A model generated the notes under the pieces. It had not been told where the DNA came from. It ran no database searches and was given only the letters and a program-made list of their open reading frames with translations. The position numbers and the translations under genes were made by a program. DNA of 64,000 nucleotides from Squalus acanthias (taxonomy: Eukaryota), in NCBI GenBank assembly GCA_030390025.1, contig CM059438.1, positions 66,466,001 through 66,530,000 of the forward strand, given 5' to 3'. This document shows, in pieces, positions 34,455 to 46,660 of this stretch (its first letter is position 1; the number at the start of each line of letters is the position of its first letter).

Positions 34455-34840
34455 CTCTAAGGCAAGTATATTCTTCCTTACATAAGGAGTCCAAAACTGT
34501 ACACAGTACTCCAAATGTGGTCTCACCAAAGCATAATTGCATCAAGACTTACTCTTATACTCCAACCCCCTTGCAATAAAGGCTAACATTTACCTTCCTA
34601 ATTGCTTGCTGTACCTGCATGTTAACTTTCTGTGATTTGTGTCCAATAACACCCAAATACCTCTGTATACCAACGTTTACTAGTCTCACACCTTTTTAAA
34701 AATATTCTGCTTTTCTATTCTTCCTACCAAAGTGGATAATTTCACATTTCCCTACATTATATTCCATCTGCCATCTTCTTGCCCAATTACTTAATTGGTC
34801 TATATCACTTTGTAACCTCTTTGCGTCCTCCTCACAGCTT
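34455..34840 (-). mobile_element. CR1 LINE RT fragment
   Basis: Degenerate [24 protein letters not shown] segment on the minus strand. Confidence 0.75.
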
Positions 34841-35051
34841 AAGTGTGGAATATGAGGAAACGATTAGCTTTCAGAAAGATCCCATGTCATTATTTGAATA
34901 AGAGCAAGGAGCTGTCCTGGTCTCCAGGCCAATATTCCTCCTTCAACCAATACCTCCAATAACAAACAAACTGGTCATTTATCTCATTGGGATCTTGCTG
35001 TCTGCAAATTGCCTACCCCATTTCCTTACATAACACTGGGCACTGCACTTG

Positions 35052-35710
35052 ACAACAACAATAACTTGTATTTATATAACACCTTAAAAGTAGTAAAGCA
35101 TCTCAAGGCACTTCACAGGAGTGTTATGAAACAAAATTGGACACTGGGCCACATAAGGAGAAACTAGAACAGGTGACCAAAAGCTTAGTCAGACAGGTAG
35201 GTTTTAAGGAGCATTTTAAAGGAGGAAAGAGAGGTTTAGAGAGGGAATTCCAGAGATTAAGGCCCAGGCAGCTGAAGGCATGGCCGCCAATGGTGGAGCG
35301 ATTAAAATCAGGGCTGCACAAGAGGCCAGAATTGGAGGAGCGCAGAGATCTCAGAGGGTTGTAGGGCTGGAGGAGGTTGAGGCGTTGCTGGACCGGGAGC
35401 CAATGGAACTCAGTGAGCACAGGTGTGATGGGTAAATGGGGACTTGGTGTGAATACGGGCAGCAGAGTTTTGGATGAGCTGAAGCTAATGGAGAGTGGAA
35501 GCTGGGAGACTGGTCAGGAGAGGGTTGGAATAGTCAAGTCTAGAGGTAACAAAGGCATGGCTGAGGGTTTCAGCAGCAGGTGAGCTGAGGCGGGGCGGAA
35601 TTGGACGATGTTACGGAGGTGGAGGTGGGCGGTCTTGGTGCTGGACCGGATATGCGGTCAGAATCTCATCTCGGGGTCAAATACGACACCAAGGTTGTGA
35701 ACGGTCTGGT
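35052..35710 (-). mobile_element. L2-clade LINE 3' fragment
   Basis: LTEFHWLPVQQRL..RSLRSSNSGLL..GGHAFS..LWNSL. Confidence 0.8.
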
Positions 35711-36329
35711 TTTTAAATTGTGTGTGAATTGCTTTGAGAAATTTCCAAGAGACCTGAAAACATGCTATATAACTCCAAGTCTTTCTTTCACTTTACCTGG
35801 CGGGTAATTTGTGAATAAAAGCTGTCAATGACAGAAAAGAATTGAAGTAGTGTATGATCGAACGTGAATGCTTCTCATTTTATGGGCTGTAATTTGAACT
35901 GTGTGGAGTGGATCTGTGTTGCTTTGTTTGATGTGATTTATCAATCAGTGTTCCTCAACAAATACCTTGCTAGTTTTACACTCTGTATGCTGCTCTGTGA
36001 GTGACAGTTTGCTGCTGGACGTGCCTGCGACATGCACCCTGTGTGTCCTCCAGTTTATAGACCCGGCAGCCAAGACCTGTGGAGCACTAACTTTATTTAT
36101 GCTAGTGCTGGATCTGTAGGTCACACAATTGGACCTCCAGATTCAAATGAATGTCCAAATAAAAATTCAATGCTGCCAAAGGAAAGCAAGTCAGAGTAGA
36201 AGTGATGTATCATATTGGAAAATTGCAAAGCACAAATAAGCAGAGAGCAGATTGGCAGCCAATTCAATGTGGGAGTCAGCATGGAGTCCACCATGATTTC
36301 TAACTATCTGAGAGACGGAGAGAGTTTTT

Positions 36330-36670
36330 AAATAAAAACAGAAAATGCTGGAAATACTCAGCAGGTCAGGCAGCACCTGTAGAGAGAGAAACAGAGTCAA
36401 CGTTTCAGGTCGATGTCCCTTCGTCAGAACTGGAAAAAGTTGGAGATGTAAAAGGTTTTTAAGCAAGTGTAGGGGCAAGAAGAGTGGGGAAGGGGAGGAA
36501 AGAACAAAAGGGAAGGTCAGTGATAGGATGGAAGGCAGGAGAGATTAAGAGACAAAAGGGATGATGGTGCAAGGCAAAAGGAGATGGTAATGGAACAAGT
36601 TAAGAGACAAAAGATGAGTCTAGATGAGGTGTAAATGGCAATGGCAGAATCATCAACAGCTGCCATGTGA
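36330..36670. mobile_element. Penelope-like element terminal fragment
   Basis: AAAACAGAAAATGCTGGAAATACTCAGCAGGTCAGGCAGCA..AACGTTTCAGGTC, a repeat end I recognise from shark genomes. Confidence 0.55.
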
Positions 36671-37429
36671 AAAAAAATAGCGGCAGAGTTTTTAAACCAG
36701 TGATGTATGACCATTATTTGACCATAAATATATGTCTATGATTCTAAAGTAAGTCAGAACTTGAATGTAAGAAAAATCTAGGATGAGAATAAAACTCATC
36801 CATTTAGTACTCTCATTTTTCTCGAAGGGCATTCTTCAAGGATATTTTCTTGGATACTTTTGTTTATTTTGATTTGTTCATGACAAAAATACTCCCTCAA
36901 AAAGAAATAGCTAAAAAAGGATGCTATCTCCTTCGAACCATTGCCTGAAAAAAGTGATCCTTTTAATCACTTTTCCAATACGACAGAACTCTAAGTATCC
37001 ATATACTCGATTATCAGCAGGGATCTCCAGTAGAGTCGAGGAATTAATGGAAGTTCCATTTAGTTATGCATAAACCAGCGGAAATGCAACCAAACATTTT
37101 TAGTTTATTTTCATGGACTCTGGGTTTCAGATCTAGATCGAGCAAGATCTGTTCTTATCTAGATGTTTAGTAAAGGTTACTACCCATGGACCTCTCATAT
37201 ATTTAACTTTGGGCCAGGAGATCAGTGACAGTCAGGCCTTTGGGTCCAGGAAACCAGCAGAAATCAAGGTGCCAGGACTTTTATTAATAATAACTGAACA
37301 TATAGGGAACCTACCAATGGGTGAGTAACATCTTTATAATATTCTATTTTCTGACCATGATAACCTGGTCTCTCCCAAGAGTTGGGGATTTACAAGCAGC
37401 GAGCTAACCTTCTTCAGCATCTGCAATTA

Positions 37430-38870
37430 GCCTGTACTCAGTCTCAGGATACGTTTATTTACAGCAATCAAACTTGTGGCCTTAAAAGAAGAAGCTGTGC
37501 AAAACACAGTTTCACCTTAGCAGAGACAGGTTTCCTCAAGGTAGTTCTTTAATGCCTACTATGAAAGAGCTTGGGACAAAAATGGAGCAGTTTGGTCTTG
37601 GTTTGATCGAACAAACGTGTAAGAATATTTTCCCAGCAGACCCTTGCATGGTGTGAACATAAACACTGCTTCTTACTCCAGTCACGGGTAGCATTGTAGT
37701 CAGGCTCGACTAACTGGTACATTGACTGTCCTGGTAGGAACATGAATTACCTTCAAATATTGTTCATCCTGCACCAGGTGTGATCATATTAGTGTTTGGG
37801 TGCATCCAGTCTCACATTGTCCTTCACTGACCCGTTTGTTTAATATGCACAGGAATGCTCTCATGTGTCTTGTGTCGGATATTGCTGTACACTTCCCAGT
37901 TTCATGACCGGGTTTAATCTTCCTGATTTTGCTACCTAGTCCTCTGCCGAGACCAGCCATCACTTGCAGTGTGCCCCATTTTGTTACAGTTGGAATACCT
38001 GAAATCTTTGCAGTCACCTCACAGGCTCTTAGTCTGTGACACACACCTGACTCTCGAAGCTGTGAACACACACCTGGGTGGGAGCGTTTCCTTCTGGCTG
38101 CCTAGTGGGAGAATCTGACTGCCCATTCAGTAGGCAGGGCCTCAAACCTGTGAAGTTTTGACGGTCTGCTCGTTCACCTCACTGTTTTAGCATCTTGCGT
38201 TATTGTCACGCAACCATATTCTTAGCTTGTCTGGAGTCACTTCCAGAAAACAGTCCATGAACATTAGGTGACAAGGTGTATGATCTTTTACATTTTTGCT
38301 TTCGAACCAGAATTTCCAAATAGCTTTTAACTCTAGAAGTGATTCTCAATGTAGGAAGTTTTCCACAGTTATTTTTATACTTTTGTCTGAATGCTTCAGG
38401 TGTTAAGTCATAGGCATTGAGAAAAGCAATTTCTACAGTTTCATAGTTTGTATTGTCTATTGGATTAATGTGAGAAAAAGCCACGAGTGCTTCATCATCC
38501 ACCCATGATATTGAACAATCAGCTCAATCTTCTTGGTTCCACTAATGGTGGGATTCCAATAATTCAAAGAGTCTAATAAAATTATGTATACTGTTTCCTT
38601 CATTAAAACTTGATATCACATTGGGTTTAACAGAATCAACCCCAGCAGTGTTCTGGGCGAAATGACCTGTCTGCCACCTACCAGCCTCGCAGTTGATGCA
38701 CGTTTCCCTGCCAGTTCCAGAATATGATGATGCTGTTTCACCTCCATGTCAGTTTTCTACTGTCCCTGTTTCTCCTCTTTTTTTTTCAGATTGATACTGT
38801 GACTGTCACTCTTCTGTTTCTCTTTGTTCTTTCTCTTCTTTGCATCTTTTTCTTTGAATCTACAACATTT
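37430..38870 (-). mobile_element. Highly degenerate Gypsy (Gmr1/SCAN-type) gag-pol remnant
   Basis: YETVEIAFLNAYDLTPEAFRQKY (SCAN/capsid-like), upstream FNEG..FIRLFE-like segment, and an eroded CxxxGH knuckle at ~37970-37990. Confidence 0.6.
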
Positions 38871-38878
38871 TCTCTTCA

Positions 38879-39382
38879 TGTCAGCTGTGGCTCAGTTGGT
38901 AGCACTCTCGCCTGAGTCAGAAGGTTGTGGGTTCAAGTCCCACTCCAGAGACTTGAGCACAAAAATCTAGGCTGACACTCCAGTGCAGTGCTGAGGGAGT
39001 GCTGCACTGTCGATGGTGCAGTCTTTCGGATGAGACGTTAAACCGAGGCCCCGTCTGCTCTCTCAGGTAGATGTAAAAGATCCCATGGCACTATTTCGAA
39101 GAGGAGCAGGAGAGTTATTCCTGGTTTCCTGGCCAATATTTATCCCTCAATCAATATAACTAAAACAGATTATCTGCTCATTATCACATTGCTGTTTGTG
39201 GGCCGTGCTGTGTGCAAATTGGCTGCCGCTTTTCCTACATTGCAACAGTGAATACACTTTGAAAATACTTCATTGGCTGTAAAGCGCTTTGTGACATCCT
39301 GAGTTCGTGTTTTATGACACTTCTGTGAAGCGTCTTAGGATGTTTTACTACGTTATAGGCGCTATATAAATACAAGTTGTTG
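38879..39382 (+). mobile_element. tRNA-derived Deu-domain SINE (SacSINE1-like), full length
   Basis: GTGGCTCAGTTGGTAGC A box, GGTTCAAGTCC B box, Deu domain and tail. Confidence 0.88.
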
Positions 39383-39604
39383 TTTGTGTTATAATGGTTT
39401 GATATATGAGGCCAATGGATAATTTGAGTGTGGCAAAGCATTTAAGTTGCTGAAGTATGGTTATGTGTAAGATGCAATGCAAGAGATTAATATTGTTTGA
39501 GGGTTTAGTGTGGGTGAGCAGTAAGTGTGGAACAGGCTGTCCAGCAACATTTTGTGTCCTGCATTCTTGAGCCAACTGCCCAATACAAGACACTGTTGGG
39601 TAAT

Positions 39605-39877
39605 CAAGGGCAGCAGGCGCATGGGAACACCGCCACCTCCAAGTTCCCCTCCAAGTCACACACCATCCTAACTTAGAAATATATCGCCGATCCTTCATCG
39701 TCGCTGGGTCAAAATCCTGGAACTCCCTCCCTAACAGCACTGGTACCTTCACCACACGGACTGCAGCGGTTCAAGAAGGCGGCTCACCACCACCTTCTCA
39801 AGGGCAATTAGGGATGGGCAATAAATGCTGGCCTTGCCAGCGACGCCCACATCCCATGAACGAATAAAAAAAAAAAT
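39605..39877 (+). mobile_element. 3' end of the second LINE family, with poly(A)
   Basis: Matches 25212-25485 and 54226-54481; ends in an A-tract. Confidence 0.85.
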
Positions 39878-40059
39878 CTTACCTTGCCAGGTTCTGTAGG
39901 GTATGGCATCTTCTGCATCTCTTCCTGTGTACTTAGTTTTAAGCCTGACTGCCACCTCCTGCCAGACATGGTGCATTGCCAGTTTGTCAGGAGAGTGTCC
40001 TGGAGAGGCAAAATGGAGCAAACCCTTCCTGCACCCACCTCACAGAGCAGAGTGTCAGC

Positions 40060-40470
40060 AGTCATAAAATGATACAGCACAGAAGAAGGCTATGCGGCTC
40101 ATCGTGCCTGTGCCAGCTCCTTGAAGGAGTGATCCAATTAGTCCCACTCCCTGCTCTTTCCCCATAGCCATGCAAATTTCACCTTTTCAAGTATTTATCT
40201 TATTCCTGTTGAAAGTTACTATTGAGTCTGCTTCCACCGCCCTTTCAGGCAGTGCATTCCAAATCATAACAACTCGCTGCATAAAATCCGTGTCCCCTGG
40301 TTACCGACCCTCCTGCCAATGGAAACAGTTTCTCCCTATTTACTCTATCAAAACCACCTCATCATTTTGAACAGCTCTGTTAAATCTCCCCTTAAACTTC
40401 TCTGCTCTAAGGAGAATAATCCCAGCTTCTCTCGTCTCTCCACATAACTGAAGTTCCTCATCCCTGGTGC
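40060..40470 (-). mobile_element. CR1 LINE 3' fragment
   Basis: Reverse complement resembles 9262-9747. Confidence 0.75.
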
Positions 40471-40804
40471 CAGCCGTTAAGTGGGATTGAGTGCTGCACT
40501 GCTCTGCCAATTCCCACATGACTTCACATTAGGTTTCTCTTCCCTAGCTTTTGGCCTGCCACTTCTTTTCTCTAACACAGCCCTTGGAAAGGCAGACACA
40601 CGATTAAAAACCTTTTTTTGAGTCTTTTTAAAAGGCTGAAATTTTCATCCCCCTCCATGTGACCACTTTTCTTTCATTGGTCCAATGTGTGCAGGGAGCA
40701 GATTGAAATGCTTTTTGCACACTGCACATGAAGTGCAGCAGTGCTACCAGTCCTGTGATAGGATCAGGTAACTGCACCTATTTTAAAGGTTATTAGGACA
40801 TTAT

Positions 40805-43800
40805 GGGGGAGAAATTCAGTATCGCCCCGTTTGGGGCGCAATTATCGGCCGAGCGCAAAGTTTAGCGCCTGGCGCTAATTATCGCCTCCGACTGCAAACT
40901 TGGCTTCTATCACCCTGGAGGTGATTGGAGCGCTAAATCAGGCGCTGCACACCTGTCTTAAGGCGCAAAGGCCGAGGAGCGAGGCGCTAACTCAGAGCGC
41001 GGGCGCAGCGCAGGTGATGTCAGTCAGCAATGGAACACAGACACACTGGCGCCGGCCAGTTCTTAAAGGGGAGGGTCGATCTTGCTCTCCAGCCACACCC
41101 TGCTCATTGGAGCCTTGAAGCTCGGCCTGGAGAGACCTGTGACTACATTATCCAGCCAAGGACTATGGAGAGGGTGAGAGAACGAGCTCAGCGCTTCAGC
41201 GAGCGGGCCTTGGATGCTCTGGTTGGCGCGCTGGAGCGCAGAAGATCTATACTCCTCCCTGAGAGTGGCAGGAGGACTTTGCTGCATGAGTACAGAAGAG
41301 TGTGGAGGGAGGTGGCTCAGCGCGTCTCCTCCAGGAGCATGGTGACCAGGACCCATACTCAATGTCGCAAAAAGTTCAACGACCTCACTCAGGTCGTCAG
41401 GGTGAGTGGCTTTTTTTCAATGGTCCAGAAATTAAACATCGATGGTTCCCGCAGGGGTAAGGATTCCCCGCGATATCGCACTCCGCGCCTACCTTTTTGT
41501 TTGGGGCCCACACGAACTTTAGTTTCAGAGCCTCTCCCTGTTGCAACCGTGCAGTGCTTGCGTATCCTAGAGGCGCAATTAGTTCGTGTGAGCTCTGGGA
41601 TCACGTGATTCAGTTAGAGCCAATGGCAGCACACCATCTTTCATTCATAGTTTTGACAGCAAGGGCTGTCAAAGCTATGAATACTACAAGCTCCCAAAAG
41701 AACAGCTAAACCTCAATTAAATTTTAAAAAAAGCCATCACATTAATAAAATAAGTATAGTTAAATAAATTAACCACTTTAAACAAAAAAATAAATTTTTG
41801 AAAAGATTTAAAATCTTTTTAAAAGTTATAAAAATAAACTTACCTTTCTTTAAAGTCTCTAAAAAAGATAAACCTGTTGAAAAAAAATTAAAATAACACT
41901 TCATTAACTACTTACCTTGTTAAAAGGGGGTCCTACGCCTGCTTTCTTTATGTGTAAAATCTTCACCACTTACCTGCGTGTTCAAACCTGAAAAAAAAAC
42001 TAAGTGCACTGCGTGCGCACAACCTGTAGCGCGCACGTGGTTCACTTAGGAACCGTCCCCTTTGCAATACACGAAGTGCCGGTTTCCCGCGCATGCGCAG
42101 TGCATGCAGGAAACCAGCAATTTTGGACCTAATACGCGAGAGTACACAGTGCGTACTCTCGCGTATTAGGTTTAATTTTCGGGCCAATACCTCTCCATCC
42201 CTCCATTTCAACCTCACTCTATGGCCAGCGGGTCTTAAAACCCCAATGCCCAACACTCATCCAACACTTATGGCCCTCTCATGAAACACACATGCACATT
42301 TCACACCTTGCAATACAGTAAGGGCTATTCAACTATGGGAGGCACATCAGGCAAGACCAGGGCTGTATATTTACTCAGACGCCGTCCTTTTTCTTGCAGG
42401 CCGAGCTATCTCATAACAGGAGACAGCAGCAACGGATGGGTGGAGGGCGGCCTCAGCTGCAACCCCTCAGCGATCTTGAGGCGCGCGTCCACAGGATTGT
42501 GGCAAGCCAGGTGATCGGTCCCGTCGCCCCTGGAGAGGCCGACCCCGTTCGGGACTGCAATGGTAAGGTCATCAGCTTTCTCTCCTCTCTCATTCCACTT
42601 GTCCCTCACAACACCAGCCTTTGACACTTTCAATCCAACTTACAAAATCGCTGCACTCCTTCCTCCCTTACGGCATCCTTGTCCTGACGCTAAAGCCACT
42701 CTTGCTTTCCTCCTTGCTCCCTGCTCCCTGCTTTCAGATGGTGATTCACCAGCTGAGGAGACGGGCCCTCAAGCTGCCAGTGGGAGTGAAGCCGCAGGCG
42801 AGGAGGAAGAGGAAGCCAGAGCATCAGCACCACCCTCTCCCGAGGAAGCCCATGCCCACACTGGAGGGGAGCAGGGGGGAAGGGTATGATGAGGGTGAAG
42901 CTCCGGGACCCAGCGGGCTGCAGCAACGCGATGTGGCTAGGGAAGCTCGGGGGCCTTCTCCCCGGAGGGAGAGTAGGCCAGCGAGTCCTGCTGCACTGGA
43001 CGCAGAGGAGGAGCGGCTCATCGCTGAAATGAACACCCAGGCGGTGGACATGCACACTCAGCTCATGGGTGCAGTGGGAAGGGTGCCCGATTGCATTGAT
43101 GTACCAGCAAGGACTGTGGAGCACTACTCTGTAGCACAGGCGGATGCCACACTAATGCTTAGTGCTGCAATTCAGTCACTGGCTGCCGTGATCCAATTTC
43201 AGACTGCTCTCATGCAGACTCAGATTGAGGCCACACAAGCACTGACTGCTGCCATTGTCGCTGGTTCGGACACATTTCCTGGTCCTCCTGCAGCTGCTGG
43301 CGCACAGTGCTTGTGTATCCCAGGGGCGTAGTTAGTGCAGTGCGTCCCCTGGGATCACGTGGGCCATGGAGAGCCAATGGCAGCAGACCATCTTTCATTC
43401 ATAGATTTGACAGGAAGACCTGTCAAATCTATGAATTGAAATCGGCCCCAAAAGAACAGCTAAACTTCAAATACATTTTTTTTAAATCACATTTTTAAAA
43501 TAACTATGTTAAATAAATTAACTACTTTAAACAAAAATTAAATTTTTGAAAAAATTAAAATACTTTTTAACAGTGCTAAAAATAAACTTACCTTTCTTTA
43601 AAGTATCTAAAAAAGATAAACCTGTTGAAAATTTTTTTAAATTGTAATTAATTAACCATTTACCTTGTTAAAAATGGGTCCTGCGCCTCCTTTTTAAAAG
43701 TGCAGCTTCTTCCATACTTACCTTCCCGGAGAAACCTGAAAAAAAAACTAAGTTCGCTGCGTGCGCGCAGCCTCTCCTGCGCACGTGGTTCACCTCTAAA

Positions 43801-43932
43801 CTCTCCCTTCACGAGACCGGAAGTTCCGGTTTCCCGCGCATGCGCAGTGCATGCAGGAAACCGGCACTTCAGGAGGCCTTACGGGTGAGTACACAGTGCG
43901 TACTCACCCGGCAAGTGCCGAATTTTTGGCCC
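40805..43932 (+). mobile_element. Harbinger-derived composite with a 3-exon Myb/SANT-like pseudogene (exons 41165-41401, 42400-42562, 42738-~43270) and a MITE-derived right end
   Basis: TIR GGGGGAGAAATTC. ERAQRFSERALDALV..WREVAQRV..QCRKKFNDL. Canonical GT-AG introns with compatible phases; frameshift in exon 3. Confidence 0.82.
41422..42185. mobile_element. Harbinger-type MITE (764 bp) inserted in intron 1 of the Myb gene
   Basis: GG(T/C)CC..AAATTAAAC TIRs; TSD AAT; close inverted copy at 54580-55342. Confidence 0.9.
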
Positions 43933-45253
43933 ATTAATTTGTACAGACATCACCTCCTAACTGGGATGGCAGCTCAACTGCAGTCCAGACAGAGGGGCTG
44001 AAAGCACAAGGGTCCTATGTTTGGTTTGTCTCTGCCAAACTTTTTTGTGGGCTTGAGCCCAGAGCGTACGATTGCCCTGATTTTGGCACCGACAGTCGGA
44101 GCTGCCACTGGATGGTTGGTGTGGGAAATGGGAAGTGTTTTTTCTGAGGTTGGAAGCTTTGCTCCTCATCTGACCTGAGAGTGTTTGATGCTGGACTCCT
44201 GAGACGGAGAGTGTTCCATTCCCCAGAGTTAGCATCCTCACTTTGAGCACGACAATAAATATGGGTGCCGACTGCCTCCAGAACCAATCTGCTAGTAGCT
44301 CTTTTCAAAGTGAAATCGGGTCAGATTACACAGACAAATCAGATACATTTGAAACACAGCTCAGATTTGTTTTTTCTTTTAAATCTTTTGGGTTCAATGA
44401 CAACAACATGGAACATTGGCTCTTGTGATAGAGGCTCTATATTCCCACTGAGCCTGCATAGTGCTTGCAGTCTAATTAAAGGCCTCTTTGAATTGCCTAA
44501 TTTCATGAACAGCCTAAAATATCATGTCCCCTGATTTACACGCAACAGTGAGTTGTTATTGCAGCAATTTTAGACCGTTAATAAATTGAAAGACAATTAC
44601 CTCCACACAGTCTTACACTGCACTTATCTGAGTGCAAGCACGTACAATTTATTTGGTACTGTCACAAAATAGATGTTATTATGCCTGACAACTCTGCAGG
44701 CCCCCAATCAGATATTCAAGATGTTCCTCACATCTGTAAGGTTTCAGTTGTGGTCGCTGCTCAGTCACATTCAAGTCTCTTCCTATTGGCATTCATTTAT
44801 AGCTTCAAACAGTCTCACTTAAAAAGATTTGTTGCAATATTCAAAGTCACAAACACAGTTTGAAAAATTTAGGGGGTGGCGGGAGGGGAGTTTAGCAGGC
44901 AATTTGCTTTTGCCTGACTATGAGAAAGACAGAAGCTGCACCTTCTGCAAAAGGAATTATCGGTTTAATATCTAGCATGACTTTTTATGCACAAATAAGA
45001 TTCAGGTATAAATGAATGCTTTTGATCTTAAAAATATACTTTGTGGAGACTGAAATACTTGGGTCTCATGTAGCATCTTGACTAATTCAACAAAACCATT
45101 GTTAATCTGGATCATACAATGGTTGCAAAAGTGGGAGTTGCAGCTTCTATCTTATTTGTGAACTGGATTGAAATTGAAATTTGACATAACTATTGTTCAA
45201 TACATTCTGAAATGTAAGATGAGATTTAGGTGCCCTCGTACAGGAAACAATGA

Positions 45254-45983
45254 GGGGGAAAAATTGGGTTGCTTTGCGCCTCCCGTTAGTGCTCCGAGTG
45301 GGTGCTAACGGGGCGCAGAGCACCTAGCGCCGGGCACGGCGGTGCTAACGCCTGCCGTGAAATTCAGCGGGAGGTTAGCGGTGGCGGTAGCCGGTAGCGC
45401 CCCGCAGCACTGCGCCTCTGGCGATGACGTCATCGCCGTGCGCAGTGCTCTGCTCGCGCCCCGGCCGCAAACTTCGGTCACGCCCCCTGACCTACCACCG
45501 GACAATATGTCCAACAGGGTCGGGGTGGTGCTTTTGCGGTTGCGGCGGCACTAATTAAATGGCAGGTGCCGGGCGGCCATTTTGTTTAGGCCGCCTGCCA
45601 GCACCTGCCCTCTTTCGCCTCCTCAAGCGAGGTGCTGGCCGCGATCGGTCAGCCCGGCACTCCTCTTGAGTGCCGTGCTCTTTTCCCGGCACCCCGCTCC
45701 CCGGTGATCCAGCAAGCCCCAGGTGCGCGCTACGCTAGGCCACTCCCCTTTAATCAGGGGAGGGCGGCCTGTAATACCGCGGCGCTACGTGCTGATGCGT
45801 GTGGTGCTGTTGCACGTAGCACCGCGATATTGAATGGGAGCACCCCAAGAGGGAGGGGGAGCATTTCCAGTAGCACCCCGCCTCCTGCTTGGGGCGCTAC
45901 CACTCAATTTACGGCGCGGGGGCACTAACATTTTTTGGGGCGCTAAAAGTAGCCCCAAAGGGGGCCGACCCAATTTCCCCCCC
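45254..45983. mobile_element. GC-rich Harbinger-type MITE
   Basis: GGGGGAAAAATTGGG / CCCAATTTCCCCCCC termini; many AGCGCC/GGCGCT subterminal motifs like those in the Harbinger ends at 23300-23476 and 40805-41010. Confidence 0.75.
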
Positions 45984-45989
45984 AGAGAG

Positions 45990-46660
45990 TTAGCATGCAG
46001 CTACAGCAAGCAATTAGGAAGGCAAATGGCATGTTGGCCTTTATTGCAAGGGGGTTGGAGTACAAGAGTAAGGAAGTCTTGCTACAATTGTACAGGGCTT
46101 TTGTGAGACTGCATCTGGAGTACTGTGCACCGTTCTGGTCTCCTTATTTGAGGAAGGATATACTTGCCTTAGAGGCGGTACAACAAAGGTTCACTAGATT
46201 GATTCCTGGGATGAGAGGGTTGTCCTATGACAAGAGATTGAGTAGATTGGGCCTATACTCTCTAGAGTTTAGAAGAATGAGAGGTGATCTCATTGAAACA
46301 TGTAAGATTCTGAGGGGATTGACAGGGTAGATGCTGAGAGGCTGTTTCCCCTGGCTGGAGTGTCTAGAACTAGGGGGCATAGACTCAGGATGAGGGGTCA
46401 GCCATTTAAGACTGAGATGAGGAGGAATTTCTTCCCTCAGAGGGTTGTGAATCTGTAGAATTCTCTACCCCAAAGGGCTGTGGATGCTGAATCATTGAGT
46501 ATATTCAAGGCTGAGATAAATAGATTTTTGGATTCATGGGGAATGGAGATCAGGTGGGAAACTGGAGTTGAGGTCGAAGATCAGCCATGATCTTATTGAA
46601 TGGTGGAGCAGGCTCGAGGGGCTGTATGGTCCACTCCTGCTCCTAATTCTTATGTTCTTA
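45990..46660 (+). mobile_element. CR1 LINE 3' fragment
   Basis: IRKANGMLAFIARG..LEYC..RGDLIE; TTCTTATG tail. Confidence 0.9.

Noticed and set aside
38879..38950. Possible tRNA gene (also 19500, 20306, 33096)
   Set aside because: tRNA-derived SINE heads continuing into the SINE body; no complete cloverleaf.
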